This document shows positions 21,065 to 31,090 of a stretch of DNA of 64,000 bases, one piece after another. The DNA lies in assembly GCA_965197645.1 (NCBI GenBank), contig OZ240219.1:2496001-2560000 (forward strand), written 5' to 3'. The translations under genes and the position numbers were made by a program. The notes under the pieces are model-generated. The model worked only from the letters and a program-made list of their open reading frames with translations, had not been told where the DNA came from and did no database searches. How positions within the stretch are numbered: position 1 is the stretch's first letter; every line of letters starts with the position of its first letter. Source of the stretch: Dehalococcoidia bacterium. GTDB lineage: Bacteria; Chloroflexota; Dehalococcoidia; Plut-88900.

Positions 21065-21766
21065 ATGGATTCAACCCCCCAACGAGTGGCAGTAGTCACA
21101 CCTCACCCCGACGACTTCGAGATCGGGTGCGCCGGAACGGTAGCGAAGTGGATCAAAGAGGGGGCCGAGGCGGTACTGATAGTATCCACCAACGGAGACA
21201 AGGGCACTGAAGACCCCGAGATGACGTCCGAGAAGCTGGCCGCCATCAGACGGCAGGAACAGCTGAATGCCGCTGAGGTGATCGGTCTCAAGGAGGTGGT
21301 CTTCCTCGATTACCCGGACGGCAGCCTAGAGGACAGCGTGGAGTTCCGCGGCCAGCTCGTCCGGCTGTTCCGCCTCCACAGGCCGGAGGTGGTCTTCACT
21401 ACGGACCCTTTCCGGCGCAGCCATTACATCCATCGGGACCATCGCATGGCCGGCCACGTATCATTGGACGCGGCTTTCCCCTACGCCCGGGACAGGCTCC
21501 ACTTTCCCGATCATGCCAAAGAAGGGTTGATGCCCCACAAGGTCCAGCAGCTCTACTTCTGGGGCAGCGAAGACCCGGACACTTTCGAGGATATCTCCAT
21601 CTCCATAGACCTGAAAATCGAGGCTCTCAAGTGTCACCTCAGCCAGATCTCCGCCGACGACGGATGGAACGTGGACGAGGGCATCAGGGAATGGGCCAGC
21701 AGCCATGGCAAAGACCACAGTATGGAGTATGCCGAGGCCTTCCGGGTCTTTAACTTCCGCGATTAA
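21065..21766 (+). CDS. PIG-L/LmbE family deacetylase (MshB/BshB/Mca-like)
   Basis: PHPDD, TNGDKG, LDYPDG, HRDH and K..AL..H.SQ motifs. Confidence 0.85.
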   Translation: MDSTPQRVAVVTPHPDDFEIGCAGTVAKWIKEGAEAVLIVSTNGDKGTEDPEMTSEKLAAIRRQEQLNAAEVIGLKEVVFLDYPDGSLEDSVEFRGQLVRLFRLHRPEVVFTTDPFRRSHYIHRDHRMAGHVSLDAAFPYARDRLHFPDHAKEGLMPHKVQQLYFWGSEDPDTFEDISISIDLKIEALKCHLSQISADDGWNVDEGIREWASSHGKDHSMEYAEAFRVFNFRD

Positions 21767-21778
21767 CGAAGGTGTCTG

Positions 21779-22528
21779 TTGTTTGATCTACATTCCCACA
21801 TCCTTCCCGGCCTCGACGATGGCGCAAAATCGATGCGTGAGGCGGTCGAGATGGTCCGGGTTGCCGCCGAGGACGGCACCCGGGCAATTCTAGCGACACC
21901 CCACAGCAAGGACGTGCAGGAAGCATCGGCCCACCGGCAGGTGCTCGACGCCATCGACACCCTTCGAAGCCAGGCCAAGGCCGCCGGAATCGACATCGAT
22001 ATCCTGCTGGGAATGGAAAACCACGTGACACCGAACCTGCCACTCCTGGTCGAAAAGGGCGTGGGCTATCCGATAAACGGCCATGGCTACATCCTAGTCG
22101 AGCTACCTTTCCACAGCTACCCCGACTACGTTGACGATGTGCTATCGGAGCTTCTGCATGAAGGCTACACACCCATCGTGGCCCATCCTGAGCGGCAGGA
22201 ATCGATACAACGGGACCTCTCCATCATGGAGCGGCTGGTGGAACTAGGGATCATGGGACAGGTGACGTCCACCAGCATCACCGGCAGGTTTGGACCCGAC
22301 GTCTTACAGTTTGCGCGGACCCTGATGGAGAGAGACCTGGTCCATCTCATAGCATCCGATTGTCATCGGCCCACCGGGCCCCGGTCTCCGGCCATGGCGG
22401 AGGCGGTGAAGGAGGCGGCCAGGCTTGTGGGCGCCGATAGGGCTAACGCGATGGCCGTATCCATCCCCCAAGCCATCCTGGAGGGCCGGCCGGTGGAGAT
22501 GGGCTTGCCAGCCAAGAAAAACAGTTGA
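21779..22528 (+). CDS. PHP-family tyrosine-protein phosphatase (CpsB/CapC-like)
   Basis: DLHSHILPGLDDGA, ATPH, AHPER and ASD.H motifs. Confidence 0.9.
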   Translation: MFDLHSHILPGLDDGAKSMREAVEMVRVAAEDGTRAILATPHSKDVQEASAHRQVLDAIDTLRSQAKAAGIDIDILLGMENHVTPNLPLLVEKGVGYPINGHGYILVELPFHSYPDYVDDVLSELLHEGYTPIVAHPERQESIQRDLSIMERLVELGIMGQVTSTSITGRFGPDVLQFARTLMERDLVHLIASDCHRPTGPRSPAMAEAVKEAARLVGADRANAMAVSIPQAILEGRPVEMGLPAKKNS

Positions 22529-22540
22529 AAGCGGTGAAAC

Positions 22541-23437
22541 ATGGGCTATAGCGAGCTACAAGACCGCCTGGCGAACGATGAGATAGTAGTCCTGGATGGC
22601 GGTATGGGGACGGAGGTAAAGCGACGGACCGGCAAGCCTGGGACCAGCGTCCTAGCCGTGAACGAAATGGTCGAGTCTCCCGACCTGATCAAGAGCATTC
22701 ACACCTCTTACATCGATGCCGGCGCCGACGTGATCACCGCCAACACCTACGACTTGAACGGCCCGGCCCTGGCTAAACCCGGCCTCGACGCCGATGATGC
22801 CTGGCCCTTGACATCGCAGGCCGTTCGTATCGCCCGGGAAGCCAGGGAAGAGGCAACAAACGGCCGGGATGTCCTCATAGCCGGCTCCCTCGGCCCCCTG
22901 GGCTCCGACTACGATCCCGACGACGTCCCCGACTACGATACCTGCCTCGCCGCCTACCGGGAACAGGTCGAGGTTATGGCAGATGAAGGGGTGGACATGG
23001 TCCTGGTAGAAACGACGGCCCGGGTGCGGTCTGCCAGAGCCGGGGTTGCTGCGGCGGCGGAAGTTGGCCTGCCCGCCTGGGCCGCACTCCTGGCCGATGA
23101 TCACGGCCGGGTGAAAAGCGCTGAGCCGCTGGACGCTGCCGTTGATACCCTCGTCTCCGAGGGCGCTTCAGCCGTCCTCATCAACTGCACTCAACCGCCC
23201 CAGGTATCAAGGGCCATGGAGAGTTTGTCCCAGTATCAGCGGGTCCCCTTCGGGGCCTACGCTCAGGCGGCAGTCTACACAGGCAAGGGTTGGGAGTTCG
23301 GACCATCCAGGACTCCTCAGGAGTATCTCGACTGCGCCCGAGACTGGGTCTCGAAGGGCGCCCGAATCGTCGGCGGCTGCTGCGGCACCAACCCGGACCA
23401 CATCAAAGCTCTCCGGTCCCATTTCTCCCAGCCGTAA
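22541..23437 (+). CDS. Homocysteine S-methyltransferase family protein
   Basis: LDGGMGTE, AGADVI..NTY, AGSLGP, INC and GGCCGT.P.HI (Zn-binding cysteines). Confidence 0.88.
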   Translation: MGYSELQDRLANDEIVVLDGGMGTEVKRRTGKPGTSVLAVNEMVESPDLIKSIHTSYIDAGADVITANTYDLNGPALAKPGLDADDAWPLTSQAVRIAREAREEATNGRDVLIAGSLGPLGSDYDPDDVPDYDTCLAAYREQVEVMADEGVDMVLVETTARVRSARAGVAAAAEVGLPAWAALLADDHGRVKSAEPLDAAVDTLVSEGASAVLINCTQPPQVSRAMESLSQYQRVPFGAYAQAAVYTGKGWEFGPSRTPQEYLDCARDWVSKGARIVGGCCGTNPDHIKALRSHFSQP

Positions 23438-23517
23438 CGGGGCATTCCCCTACCCCTCGTTGACAACGCCGTCGGCTCGAACCTAAGATTACTCCAGTCC
23501 CAAGCTAGGAGGAGCTC

Positions 23518-24570
23518 ATGGCCGCTTCCAATCTCGCAGGAAAAGTCCAGACCGTTCTCGGGACCATCGAACCCGACGACCTAGGGGTAACTGTCACCCA
23601 CGAACACCTGTTGATGAACTTCAAACCCCTTTTCGTCGAGCCGACCACCGCCGGGGACAGGGGCATCTCCCAGAGACCGATCACGCTGGACGATCTGGCC
23701 TGGATCCGGTTCAACTGGGCCAGCCACTGGAGCCATCTGGGGCTGGAAAACGAGACCGAAGCCATTGAAGAGGTCGCCCTGTACTATCGGGCCGGCGGCC
23801 AGAGCCTCGTCGAGGCCAGCAGCATCGGGCTGGGACGGGACCCGATGGGCCTGGCGAGGATCTCCCGGGCCACGGGCCTCAACGTGATCATGGGTTCGGG
23901 CTACTACCTGGACAACTTCCAGACCGACGCATGGCGAAACGCCAGCGAAGACCAATTGGTCGAAACGATAATCGGCGACCTCACCGAAGGCGTAGACGAC
24001 ACGGGCATCAAATCGGGCATCATCGGCGAAATCGGATGTTCCTGGCCGTGGACCGATAACGAGCGAAAGTCGGTCCGAGCCGCCGCTCGCGCCCAGCGAG
24101 AGACGGGCGCTCCCCTCATCATCCACCCCGGCCGTCATCACTCGGCGCCGAAGGAGATCACCCAGGTCATCGCCGAGTCCGGCGGAGACCTGAGTCGCAC
24201 GATCATGAGCCACATCGATCGCACCATCTCGGACATCGACATCGTTCTGGACCTGGCCAAGACCGGCTGCTGCCTGGAGTACGATCTGTTCGGCCTCGAG
24301 AGCGCCATCTATCCCTTGGCGCCCGTAGACATGCCCAACGATGGCGCGAGAGTAGACCACATCATCCGCCTGGCACAGGAGGGGCATCTGGAGCAGGTGG
24401 TCGTCGCCCACGATACCGCCTTCCAGACCCGCTACGTCCGATACGGAGGCCACGGCTACGCCCATCTGTTGAACAACGTAGTGCCACTGATGCGCCGCAA
24501 GGGCATGACCCGGGAGCAGATCGACACGATATTCATCGAGAACCCCAAGCGCGTCCTGACCTTCACTTAG
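23518..24570 (+). CDS. Phosphotriesterase-family (PTER-like) metallo-hydrolase
   Basis: THEHL, GLGRDP, GIIGEIG, IHPG, SHIDR, AHD and YGGHGY motifs. Confidence 0.9.
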   Translation: MAASNLAGKVQTVLGTIEPDDLGVTVTHEHLLMNFKPLFVEPTTAGDRGISQRPITLDDLAWIRFNWASHWSHLGLENETEAIEEVALYYRAGGQSLVEASSIGLGRDPMGLARISRATGLNVIMGSGYYLDNFQTDAWRNASEDQLVETIIGDLTEGVDDTGIKSGIIGEIGCSWPWTDNERKSVRAAARAQRETGAPLIIHPGRHHSAPKEITQVIAESGGDLSRTIMSHIDRTISDIDIVLDLAKTGCCLEYDLFGLESAIYPLAPVDMPNDGARVDHIIRLAQEGHLEQVVVAHDTAFQTRYVRYGGHGYAHLLNNVVPLMRRKGMTREQIDTIFIENPKRVLTFT

Positions 24571-24646
24571 AGTGGCTTGGCCCGACCACGGCCGCGCAGC
24601 TAACCAGACGGCCCCATTCAGTCCTCGCCCCCGAACCGGGCCTAGA

Positions 24647-25057
24647 CTACAGTCCAGCGATCCTTACTCTGTCCTCACTTCGCTGGTCAGCTGATCTCAC
24701 GCACTTCATCAGCCCCGGGACACGGATCAACCGTCTCCCAACGGGGTCTACCGCCACGTTGAAAAGCTCCAACGTGGTTGCTCCCAACAAGGGCCCCACT
24801 CCGGGCTCTCCCACCACTACGAGTACAGTCCGTTCTCGATCTCCAATCCGGACTCTCGCTTCCCCAACTTCGTACTCCACAGTCCGATCATCGGCTAACT
24901 GAAACGGTACTGATTCCAGGGATTCGATGCCCAAGTCACGCGCTGTCTCTTGGGGAATGACGGTGTGGGTTGCACCCGTATCGACTAGCGCCTCTACGTC
25001 CAGCCAGCGGCCTCCCTCAACGTAGCCGACCTGAACTTGTACGGAGAATGTGCCCAT
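24647..25057 (-). CDS. Clan AA (retropepsin-like) aspartic protease
   Basis: ALVDTGA catalytic motif; LLGATTLE...VDP. Confidence 0.85.
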   Translation of the reverse strand: MGTFSVQVQVGYVEGGRWLDVEALVDTGATHTVIPQETARDLGIESLESVPFQLADDRTVEYEVGEARVRIGDRERTVLVVVGEPGVGPLLGATTLELFNVAVDPVGRRLIRVPGLMKCVRSADQRSEDRVRIAGL

Positions 25058-25169
25058 ATCTTTAGCTCGCCGCTATCAATTCTACCATAGCCTCTTCTTT
25101 CCACGATGCTGTCATGCACATCCACCACTCGAACCAGTACCAACCTTCGCTTATCTCCTCTCCTGTTAT

Positions 25170-25248
25170 GGGTGCAGGGCCTCGCCCTGCCTCTGGCAGG
25201 GGGTTGGGAGATGTGCCCCCAGAATTCAAAACGTCCCAGGGCAGGTGG
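25170..25248 (+). repeat. Intergenic palindromic (REP-like) element, copy B
   Basis: CCTCTGGCAGGGGG..TGGG.GATGTGCCCCCAGA...AAACGTCCCAGGG shared with copy A. Confidence 0.7.
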
Positions 25249-25261
25249 CTCCGACAACCTC

Positions 25262-26395
25262 TCAACTGAAACCGTACAACCGCGCCGCGTTGGAGTAACT
25301 TATCTTCTCCTGCTCATCCTCCGGCACCCCCGCCAGCACCTCCTGCAGCACCTTCCTCGAGTTGGGCCACGTCGATTCCCGGTGCGGATAGTCGGAACCG
25401 AACATAATGTTGTCCACGCCTATGACCTCTCGGAGGGCTATGCCCAGGGGGTCCTCCTGAAAACACACGAACACGTTCCGACGAAAGACATCGCTGGGCG
25501 TCTTGCCGTCCTTGAACTTTATCTCGGTCACGTACCGGTGCTTCTCGTAGGCCATGTCCATTTGCCAGATGAAATAGGGCGCCCAAGAGAGCTCGTACTC
25601 CACCACGCCGACCTTCAGCTTCGGATGGCGCTCGAAGACGCCGCCGAAGATCATGTTGGCCACCGAGCGACGAACCCAATAGTCCTGAGTGGCACGAAAG
25701 GCCGACGTACCCCGAACACCGGCGTTGTTGGCAAAGGCGCCGATGCGCCCGGGCCCCGGCCTAGCTGATCCCGAATGCATGCCGATGGGCAGCCCGATCT
25801 CCTCGGCAGCGGCCCAGAACGGCTCGAACTCCGGCTCGTCATAGTGGCGCTCCTCGGACTGGTACGCCGGAATCACCAACCCACTGAGCCCCATTTTGGC
25901 GCAGCGCCGGGCCTCGGTCACAGCCTCGCCGATGTCATCGAAGCTGATCACCCCGGTGCCCTTCAGCACTCCTGGATAGGCTCGACCAAAATCCGCCGAC
26001 CAATCGTTCAGCGCCCGAAAGCAGGCCGAAAGGAGCTCGCCGCGGACGTCGACGGTATACAGCCTCGTGCCGATGGTGGAGTAGACCAGCTCTCCCACCA
26101 CCCCATCCACCTCCATTGCCTTGAGCCGCTCGTGGGGATCGTAGGCCGCAGCGGGCGACTCTTCGTAGCTGCCCTCGATTTGCAGCTTCTCCAGGTCCGT
26201 GTACCGGCGTCCCGCTTGGGTGGGTCCTCCGATGGAGCCGATCAGTATGTCTTCATCGACTACCCAGTTATCGACGTCCCCCTGCCGTACAACCCGGGGC
26301 GCCCTGTCACGGAACTCCCGTTCCGTGTAGTTCTGCCACAGGTCCGGCGGCTCCACCACGTGAGAGTCGGCCGAGATCAGCCTGTCCAGCGCCAT
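25262..26395 (-). CDS. Amidohydrolase_2 family protein
   Basis: ISADSHVVEP, MH, FERHP.LK...E and FGSDYPH motifs. Confidence 0.9.
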   Translation of the reverse strand: MALDRLISADSHVVEPPDLWQNYTEREFRDRAPRVVRQGDVDNWVVDEDILIGSIGGPTQAGRRYTDLEKLQIEGSYEESPAAAYDPHERLKAMEVDGVVGELVYSTIGTRLYTVDVRGELLSACFRALNDWSADFGRAYPGVLKGTGVISFDDIGEAVTEARRCAKMGLSGLVIPAYQSEERHYDEPEFEPFWAAAEEIGLPIGMHSGSARPGPGRIGAFANNAGVRGTSAFRATQDYWVRRSVANMIFGGVFERHPKLKVGVVEYELSWAPYFIWQMDMAYEKHRYVTEIKFKDGKTPSDVFRRNVFVCFQEDPLGIALREVIGVDNIMFGSDYPHRESTWPNSRKVLQEVLAGVPEDEQEKISYSNAARLYGFS

Positions 26396-26482
26396 AACTG
26401 CCCGTCCTTCAACAGGGTGTGAAAACTCCTTTTAGACCATCCCACCAGTCTTCTTCCTGCTCAGGAAGAGGGTAGAAATTGG

Positions 26483-26536
26483 ATCTGAGGGACACCCTCA
26501 GACCCCCGGCAAAGGGGCTTCGCTCCTCTGCACACC
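26483..26536 (-). repeat. Intergenic palindromic (REP-like) element, diverged copy C
   Basis: Minus strand GTGCAGAGGAGCGAAGCCCCTTTGCCGGGGGTCTGAGGGTGTCCCTCAGAT has the same two-hairpin layout as copies A and B. Confidence 0.55.
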
Positions 26537-26554
26537 TCATCGTTCGTCAGTCGG

Positions 26555-27544
26555 TTACCCTTCCGACCTCTTCTTCGCCAGCGAGCTGATCGCCTCCATC
26601 ACCACCCTGTTGGCAATGACGGACGTGATGTTGCCCGGGGTATCCCAGGCCGGCAGCACCTCGCTCACGTCCATCCCTACTATGTTCACCCTGGACACGA
26701 TGTACCGCACCGCCCGCAGCAGCTCCATGGAGGTCATCCCGCCCGGCTCCAGGCCCCCCGTCCCGGGGGCGTGGCTGGGATCCAGCACGTCGATGTCCAC
26801 CGAAAGGAACATATACTCGGGGCCGTCCAACGCCTCGTTGATGGCGTCCTCCAGCACGGCGTCGAACCCCCGCTCCTCTATCTCCGACATCAGGTGCCAG
26901 CGCATCCCCTGCTCTTTCATCCAGCGGAATATACTGGGCGGAGGCAGGTAACCCCGCAGGCCCACTTCGATGTAGTTCTCGCCCTTCACGATTCCCCGCT
27001 CGAGGAGCCGCCGTACCGGGGTGCCGTGGTTGACGAGAGAACCCCCGTAGCTCTCCGGGAAGGTATCGGCGTGGGCATCGAAGTGAAGCACGCCCACGTT
27101 TCCGTTTCCGTATCGTTCGGCGACCGCCGTGGTATCGGGCAGCACAATGGTATGGTCTCCTCCCAGCACGATAGGGACCGCCCCCACGTCCACCACCTCT
27201 TTCACCTTGCTGCGGATCGCCTCCATGCTCTCGTCGACCATGTTGGGAGGGCAGTTTGCGTCGCCGTAGTCCACGGCCTTGAGTATCTTCAAAGGCTGTA
27301 CGCCCATGCCGAGGTGATGACTGGGCCAGGGCGGGCTGCCCACGTAGTTGGCCGCTCGGATTGCGTTGGGCCCGAACCGCTGTCCGGGCATTATCACCGC
27401 CCCACTATCGAAGGGAGCGCCGACGATGGCGACGTCGGGCTCCATCTCCCTCAGCTCGTCGGCATCCATGGCGTAAGGGAAATGGTTGAAGGTCTGGAGT
27501 CCTACGTAGCTGGGTCCGCCGCCGGGCGGGTTCAGGTCGGGCAT
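26555..27544 (-). CDS. Agmatinase/ureohydrolase family protein (paralog 1)
   Basis: GQRFGP, GGDHT, DAHADT, HGTP and SVDIDVLDP..APGTG..EPGG motifs. Confidence 0.92.
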   Translation of the reverse strand: MPDLNPPGGGPSYVGLQTFNHFPYAMDADELREMEPDVAIVGAPFDSGAVIMPGQRFGPNAIRAANYVGSPPWPSHHLGMGVQPLKILKAVDYGDANCPPNMVDESMEAIRSKVKEVVDVGAVPIVLGGDHTIVLPDTTAVAERYGNGNVGVLHFDAHADTFPESYGGSLVNHGTPVRRLLERGIVKGENYIEVGLRGYLPPPSIFRWMKEQGMRWHLMSEIEERGFDAVLEDAINEALDGPEYMFLSVDIDVLDPSHAPGTGGLEPGGMTSMELLRAVRYIVSRVNIVGMDVSEVLPAWDTPGNITSVIANRVVMEAISSLAKKRSEG

Positions 27545-27573
27545 CCTAATCGCCTCCGCTGATCGGGCCGTCT

Positions 27574-28566
27574 TTATCTGCTCCGCTTGAGGGCCAGTGC
27601 ACTTATCACCTCCAGCACCACCCGGTGCGCCACCTCGGCGGTCACCGCTCCGTGATCATCGAAGGGGGGCGAAACCTCGACCAGGTCCATCGCCACCAGG
27701 TCTACCGCAGCTACTATGCGCCTCATGGAACGCAGCAGCTCGCTGGGGAGGATCCCGCCCGGTTCAGGGGTTCCGGTACCTGGAGCAAACCCTGGGTCCA
27801 GCACGTCTATATCCACTGAGAGGTAGATGTATTCGGGCCCGTCCAAAGCCTCGTTTATAGCCTGTTCGATAACCTCATTGAAGCCCCGGTCCTCGATCTC
27901 CGCCATCAGGTGCCAGCGCATCCCCTGGGCCTCCATCCACTGCCACACCTCCTCCGGCGGCCAGTAGCCTCGAAGCCCGATCTGCACGAAGTTCTTGGCG
28001 GGAACGGCCCCGCTGTCTATGAGCCTACGCATCGGGCTGCCGTGGGCAATTAACGCCCCGCCGAAGCTGTCGGGAGCCGTATCCGCGTGGGAGTCGAAGT
28101 GGATGATGCCCACCTTGCCGTGTCCCCATCTATCGGCCACGGCGGTAGCCGAGGGCAGCGTTATCGAATGGTCGCCGCCTAGCACCACCGGTAGGACCCC
28201 GGCGCCCACCACTTGACCCACCTTGTCCAGAATCGCCTGGTGGGCCAGCTCCAGCGAGTGGGGCGAGCAGTTGGCGTCCCCGAAGTCCACCACCTTCAGC
28301 ACCTGGAACGGCTTCACACCCGTGGGTATGTGGTACATCGGCTCCACCGGGCTTCCGCCCACGTACCCCGCCGCCATCCGTATCGCTCGGGGGCCGAAGC
28401 GCGTGCCCGGCCGGATGGTGGTGCCCATGTCGAAGGGTGCGCCCATGATGGCGATGTCCGGCTTCGTTTCCCGAAGCTCCTCCAGCGTGGACACGTAGGG
28501 CAGCTTGGAGAAGGTCGCCAGGCCGATGTAGGAGGGTTCGCCGTATTGCGAATAGTCGTTGGTCAT
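27574..28566 (-). CDS. Agmatinase/ureohydrolase family protein (paralog 2)
   Basis: GTRFGP, GGDHS, DSHADT, HGSP and SVDIDVLDP..APGTGTPEPGG motifs. Confidence 0.92.
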   Translation of the reverse strand: MTNDYSQYGEPSYIGLATFSKLPYVSTLEELRETKPDIAIMGAPFDMGTTIRPGTRFGPRAIRMAAGYVGGSPVEPMYHIPTGVKPFQVLKVVDFGDANCSPHSLELAHQAILDKVGQVVGAGVLPVVLGGDHSITLPSATAVADRWGHGKVGIIHFDSHADTAPDSFGGALIAHGSPMRRLIDSGAVPAKNFVQIGLRGYWPPEEVWQWMEAQGMRWHLMAEIEDRGFNEVIEQAINEALDGPEYIYLSVDIDVLDPGFAPGTGTPEPGGILPSELLRSMRRIVAAVDLVAMDLVEVSPPFDDHGAVTAEVAHRVVLEVISALALKRSR

Positions 28567-28698
28567 AGTTCCGCCATTCTACAGAGTGGACATATGGCGT
28601 TCAAGCCGACCTGCTGGATAGCGGTCTCGCCCTAGGCGTACCCGTCCAGTGCACTGTGTCCCTTTCAGGCGGCATGCCAAGGCGGAGACGGCTGGCAT

Positions 28699-28727
28699 TT
28701 GACCCGTTGCCGCTCCAAACGTATATT
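28699..28727 (+). promoter_or_regulatory. Sigma70-type promoter of the third ureohydrolase
   Basis: TTGACC-17 bp-TATATT. Confidence 0.55.
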
Positions 28728-28757
28728 TACCCTCAACCCACTCTCCGGAGGTATACC

Positions 28758-29813
28758 ATGGCGGACACCGGCCAGGAATTCATCAGCTATTACTCGGGCT
28801 TCCCTTCCTTTTTCAAGTCTCCCATCATCACGCCCAATGACATCGAAGAAGGGATGGTCGTCGTTGCCGGCGTGCCCCTGGACGAGGGGATCAACATGGG
28901 AAGGAAGGGCGCCCGGTATGGCCCGCGAGGCATCCGCGAGGGCACCTACAAGTATCGAACGGTGCAGGAGGTGGCCGAGGACCGCACCACGGTGGACATC
29001 GACTCTAACCTCGGGTTCCGGTACAAGGGCGACCACGTCATAGGTGATATCGGCGACTTCGCCATTTCGCCCCAGGACATTCTACAGACCACCGAGAACG
29101 TGGCCAACGGAGTGAGCGACATAGTGCAACGAGGCGGGCTGCCCGTGGTCCTGGGAGGCGACCACTACGTCTGCTATCCCTCCTTTCTCGGATTCGCCCG
29201 GGGGATGATCGAGCGAAAGTCCAACCCCCGCATCGGCTATCTTCACATAGACAGCCACGCCGACTTTTGGGACCAGCTCCAGGGAGCGAGCCGATACAAT
29301 CACGGCACCTCGGTGCGGCGCATCAGCGAAAACTCCTCCATCTCCTACAAGAACATGGCCTGGCTTGGGCTCAACGGCGCCGGCATGGACCCCGAGCAGT
29401 ACCGGATGTATACCAATCACAGCCTGAAGATGCTCACTGCTAAGATGATGATGGACAGGGGCATCGATGAGGCCGTCAAGGAGGTGATGGAGGTGGCCGC
29501 CGAGAGCGTAGACGCCGTCTACGTAAGCATAGACATCGACGTGGTTGATGGCTCGGAAGCTGCCGGCACAACAGCCTGCGTATACCAGGGAATCCGCGCG
29601 AGAGAGTTCCTCTACCTCACCTCGGTGCTCAGCCAGTTCGACATCGTCAAGGGCATCGACATCTGCGAGGTGTCCCCACCCCTGGACCCCACCGGCCGAA
29701 CGGTCCACTTGGCGGCACTGGGCGTCCTGTCCGTGCTGAGCCCCAAGCTCTTCGATACCGTCGACATGACCACGGGAAAGGTACTGGAAGGCCACTCCGG
29801 CTTCAGCTACTAG
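28758..29813 (+). CDS. Divergent ureohydrolase family protein (paralog 3)
   Basis: GARYGP, GGDHY, DSHAD, NHGT and SIDIDVVD motifs; SD GGAGG before ATG 28758. Confidence 0.88.
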   Translation: MADTGQEFISYYSGFPSFFKSPIITPNDIEEGMVVVAGVPLDEGINMGRKGARYGPRGIREGTYKYRTVQEVAEDRTTVDIDSNLGFRYKGDHVIGDIGDFAISPQDILQTTENVANGVSDIVQRGGLPVVLGGDHYVCYPSFLGFARGMIERKSNPRIGYLHIDSHADFWDQLQGASRYNHGTSVRRISENSSISYKNMAWLGLNGAGMDPEQYRMYTNHSLKMLTAKMMMDRGIDEAVKEVMEVAAESVDAVYVSIDIDVVDGSEAAGTTACVYQGIRAREFLYLTSVLSQFDIVKGIDICEVSPPLDPTGRTVHLAALGVLSVLSPKLFDTVDMTTGKVLEGHSGFSY

Positions 29814-29867
29814 AGCCAGGTTACATTCTTAGCCGGCAACCGATAACCGACACGGGGGAACAGTTCT

Positions 29868-31010
29868 ATGGATACGACGTTTGTCGATGCCGACGGGCAC
29901 ATCCTGGAACCGGGTGACCTCTGGGACAACAACCTGGAGCCCGAGTACCGGGACCGGTCCATGCACTTCGAAAAAGATGCAAACGGCTTGGAGCAGTGGG
30001 TGATTGACGGCAAGGTGAACACATTCCTGTCCAAGGGCACTTCGGCCAACATGGCTACCATGGGCAAGGACCAGCAATGGCGCAGGGAGAACATCTATGA
30101 AAGGCCCTCCGTTAGCTGGGAGGAGGGCCGCGCCATGAACCCGGGCGCCGGGGACCCCCACGAGCGGATCAAGGTGATGGACAGCGAGGGTATAGATAAG
30201 AGCATCCTGTATCCCTCCCTCGGCCTCGACTGGCCTGGTTCCGTCGACGACCCCCAGCTCCTCGCTGCATATTGCCGGGTCTACAACGATTGGATCACCG
30301 ACTTCTGCCGCCCCTACCCGTCGAGGCTCTTCCCCGCACTGCTGCTGCCCTGGACGGACGTATCCGAGATCGTCAAGGAGCTGAAAAGAACGGCAATCAT
30401 AGGACCCAGGGCGGTAATGGTGCCCGGCCTTCCCTTCGGAGACATCGCCTACGGTCGGGAGCACTGGGACCCGGTCTGGGCCGAGCTCCAGGACCAGGAC
30501 CTGCCGCCCGCCCTCCACGTATCCAGCGGCGGCACCAGCATCGGCGGGCTCATGTACCCTGAGCTGGAGACCCCCCAATGGTGGGGCTTCGCCTCCGGTT
30601 CCCACAACATCCAGATCGCCTTCATGACCTTCTTCCAAGGCGCCGTCTTCGACCGGTTCCCGGAGCTGAAACTGGTGGTACTGGAGTCGGGCTGCATGTG
30701 GATGCCCTTCGTCCTGGAGCGCATGGATGAGAAGTTCGAAATTCTCGGTTTCACCACTCCAATGAAGCACAGGCCTAGCGAGTACTTTCAGAAGCAGGGC
30801 TGGATAGCCATGGACCCCGACGACGAGTTCGCCACCACGGTCATAGACCTCATCGGCGCCGACAAGCTGGTCTGGGCCTACGACTACCCTCACTCCGATT
30901 CGCCCCTGGCTCCCGTGGCCAGTCTTATCGAGAACCTGAAAGACCTGCCCGAGGACGACCAGCGGAAGGTGATGGGCCGGAACGCCATCGATCTGTACAA
31001 GCTCAGCTAG
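29868..31010 (+). CDS. Amidohydrolase_2 family protein
   Basis: DADGHILEP, LH, FDRFPELK...ESG and DYPH motifs. Confidence 0.9.
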   Translation: MDTTFVDADGHILEPGDLWDNNLEPEYRDRSMHFEKDANGLEQWVIDGKVNTFLSKGTSANMATMGKDQQWRRENIYERPSVSWEEGRAMNPGAGDPHERIKVMDSEGIDKSILYPSLGLDWPGSVDDPQLLAAYCRVYNDWITDFCRPYPSRLFPALLLPWTDVSEIVKELKRTAIIGPRAVMVPGLPFGDIAYGREHWDPVWAELQDQDLPPALHVSSGGTSIGGLMYPELETPQWWGFASGSHNIQIAFMTFFQGAVFDRFPELKLVVLESGCMWMPFVLERMDEKFEILGFTTPMKHRPSEYFQKQGWIAMDPDDEFATTVIDLIGADKLVWAYDYPHSDSPLAPVASLIENLKDLPEDDQRKVMGRNAIDLYKLS

Positions 31011-31090
31011 CCCAAGTTCCCCGAAATAGGAGAGGCTCGCTCATCGCCAACGGACCCCGATGCAAATGAAGCCGAGGGCTTGATTCAACG

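Noticed and set aside
28567-28757. Guanidine riboswitch between the divergent ureohydrolases
   Set aside because: No paired ACGR-loop hairpins or ykkC-like consensus recognisable; only promoter elements.
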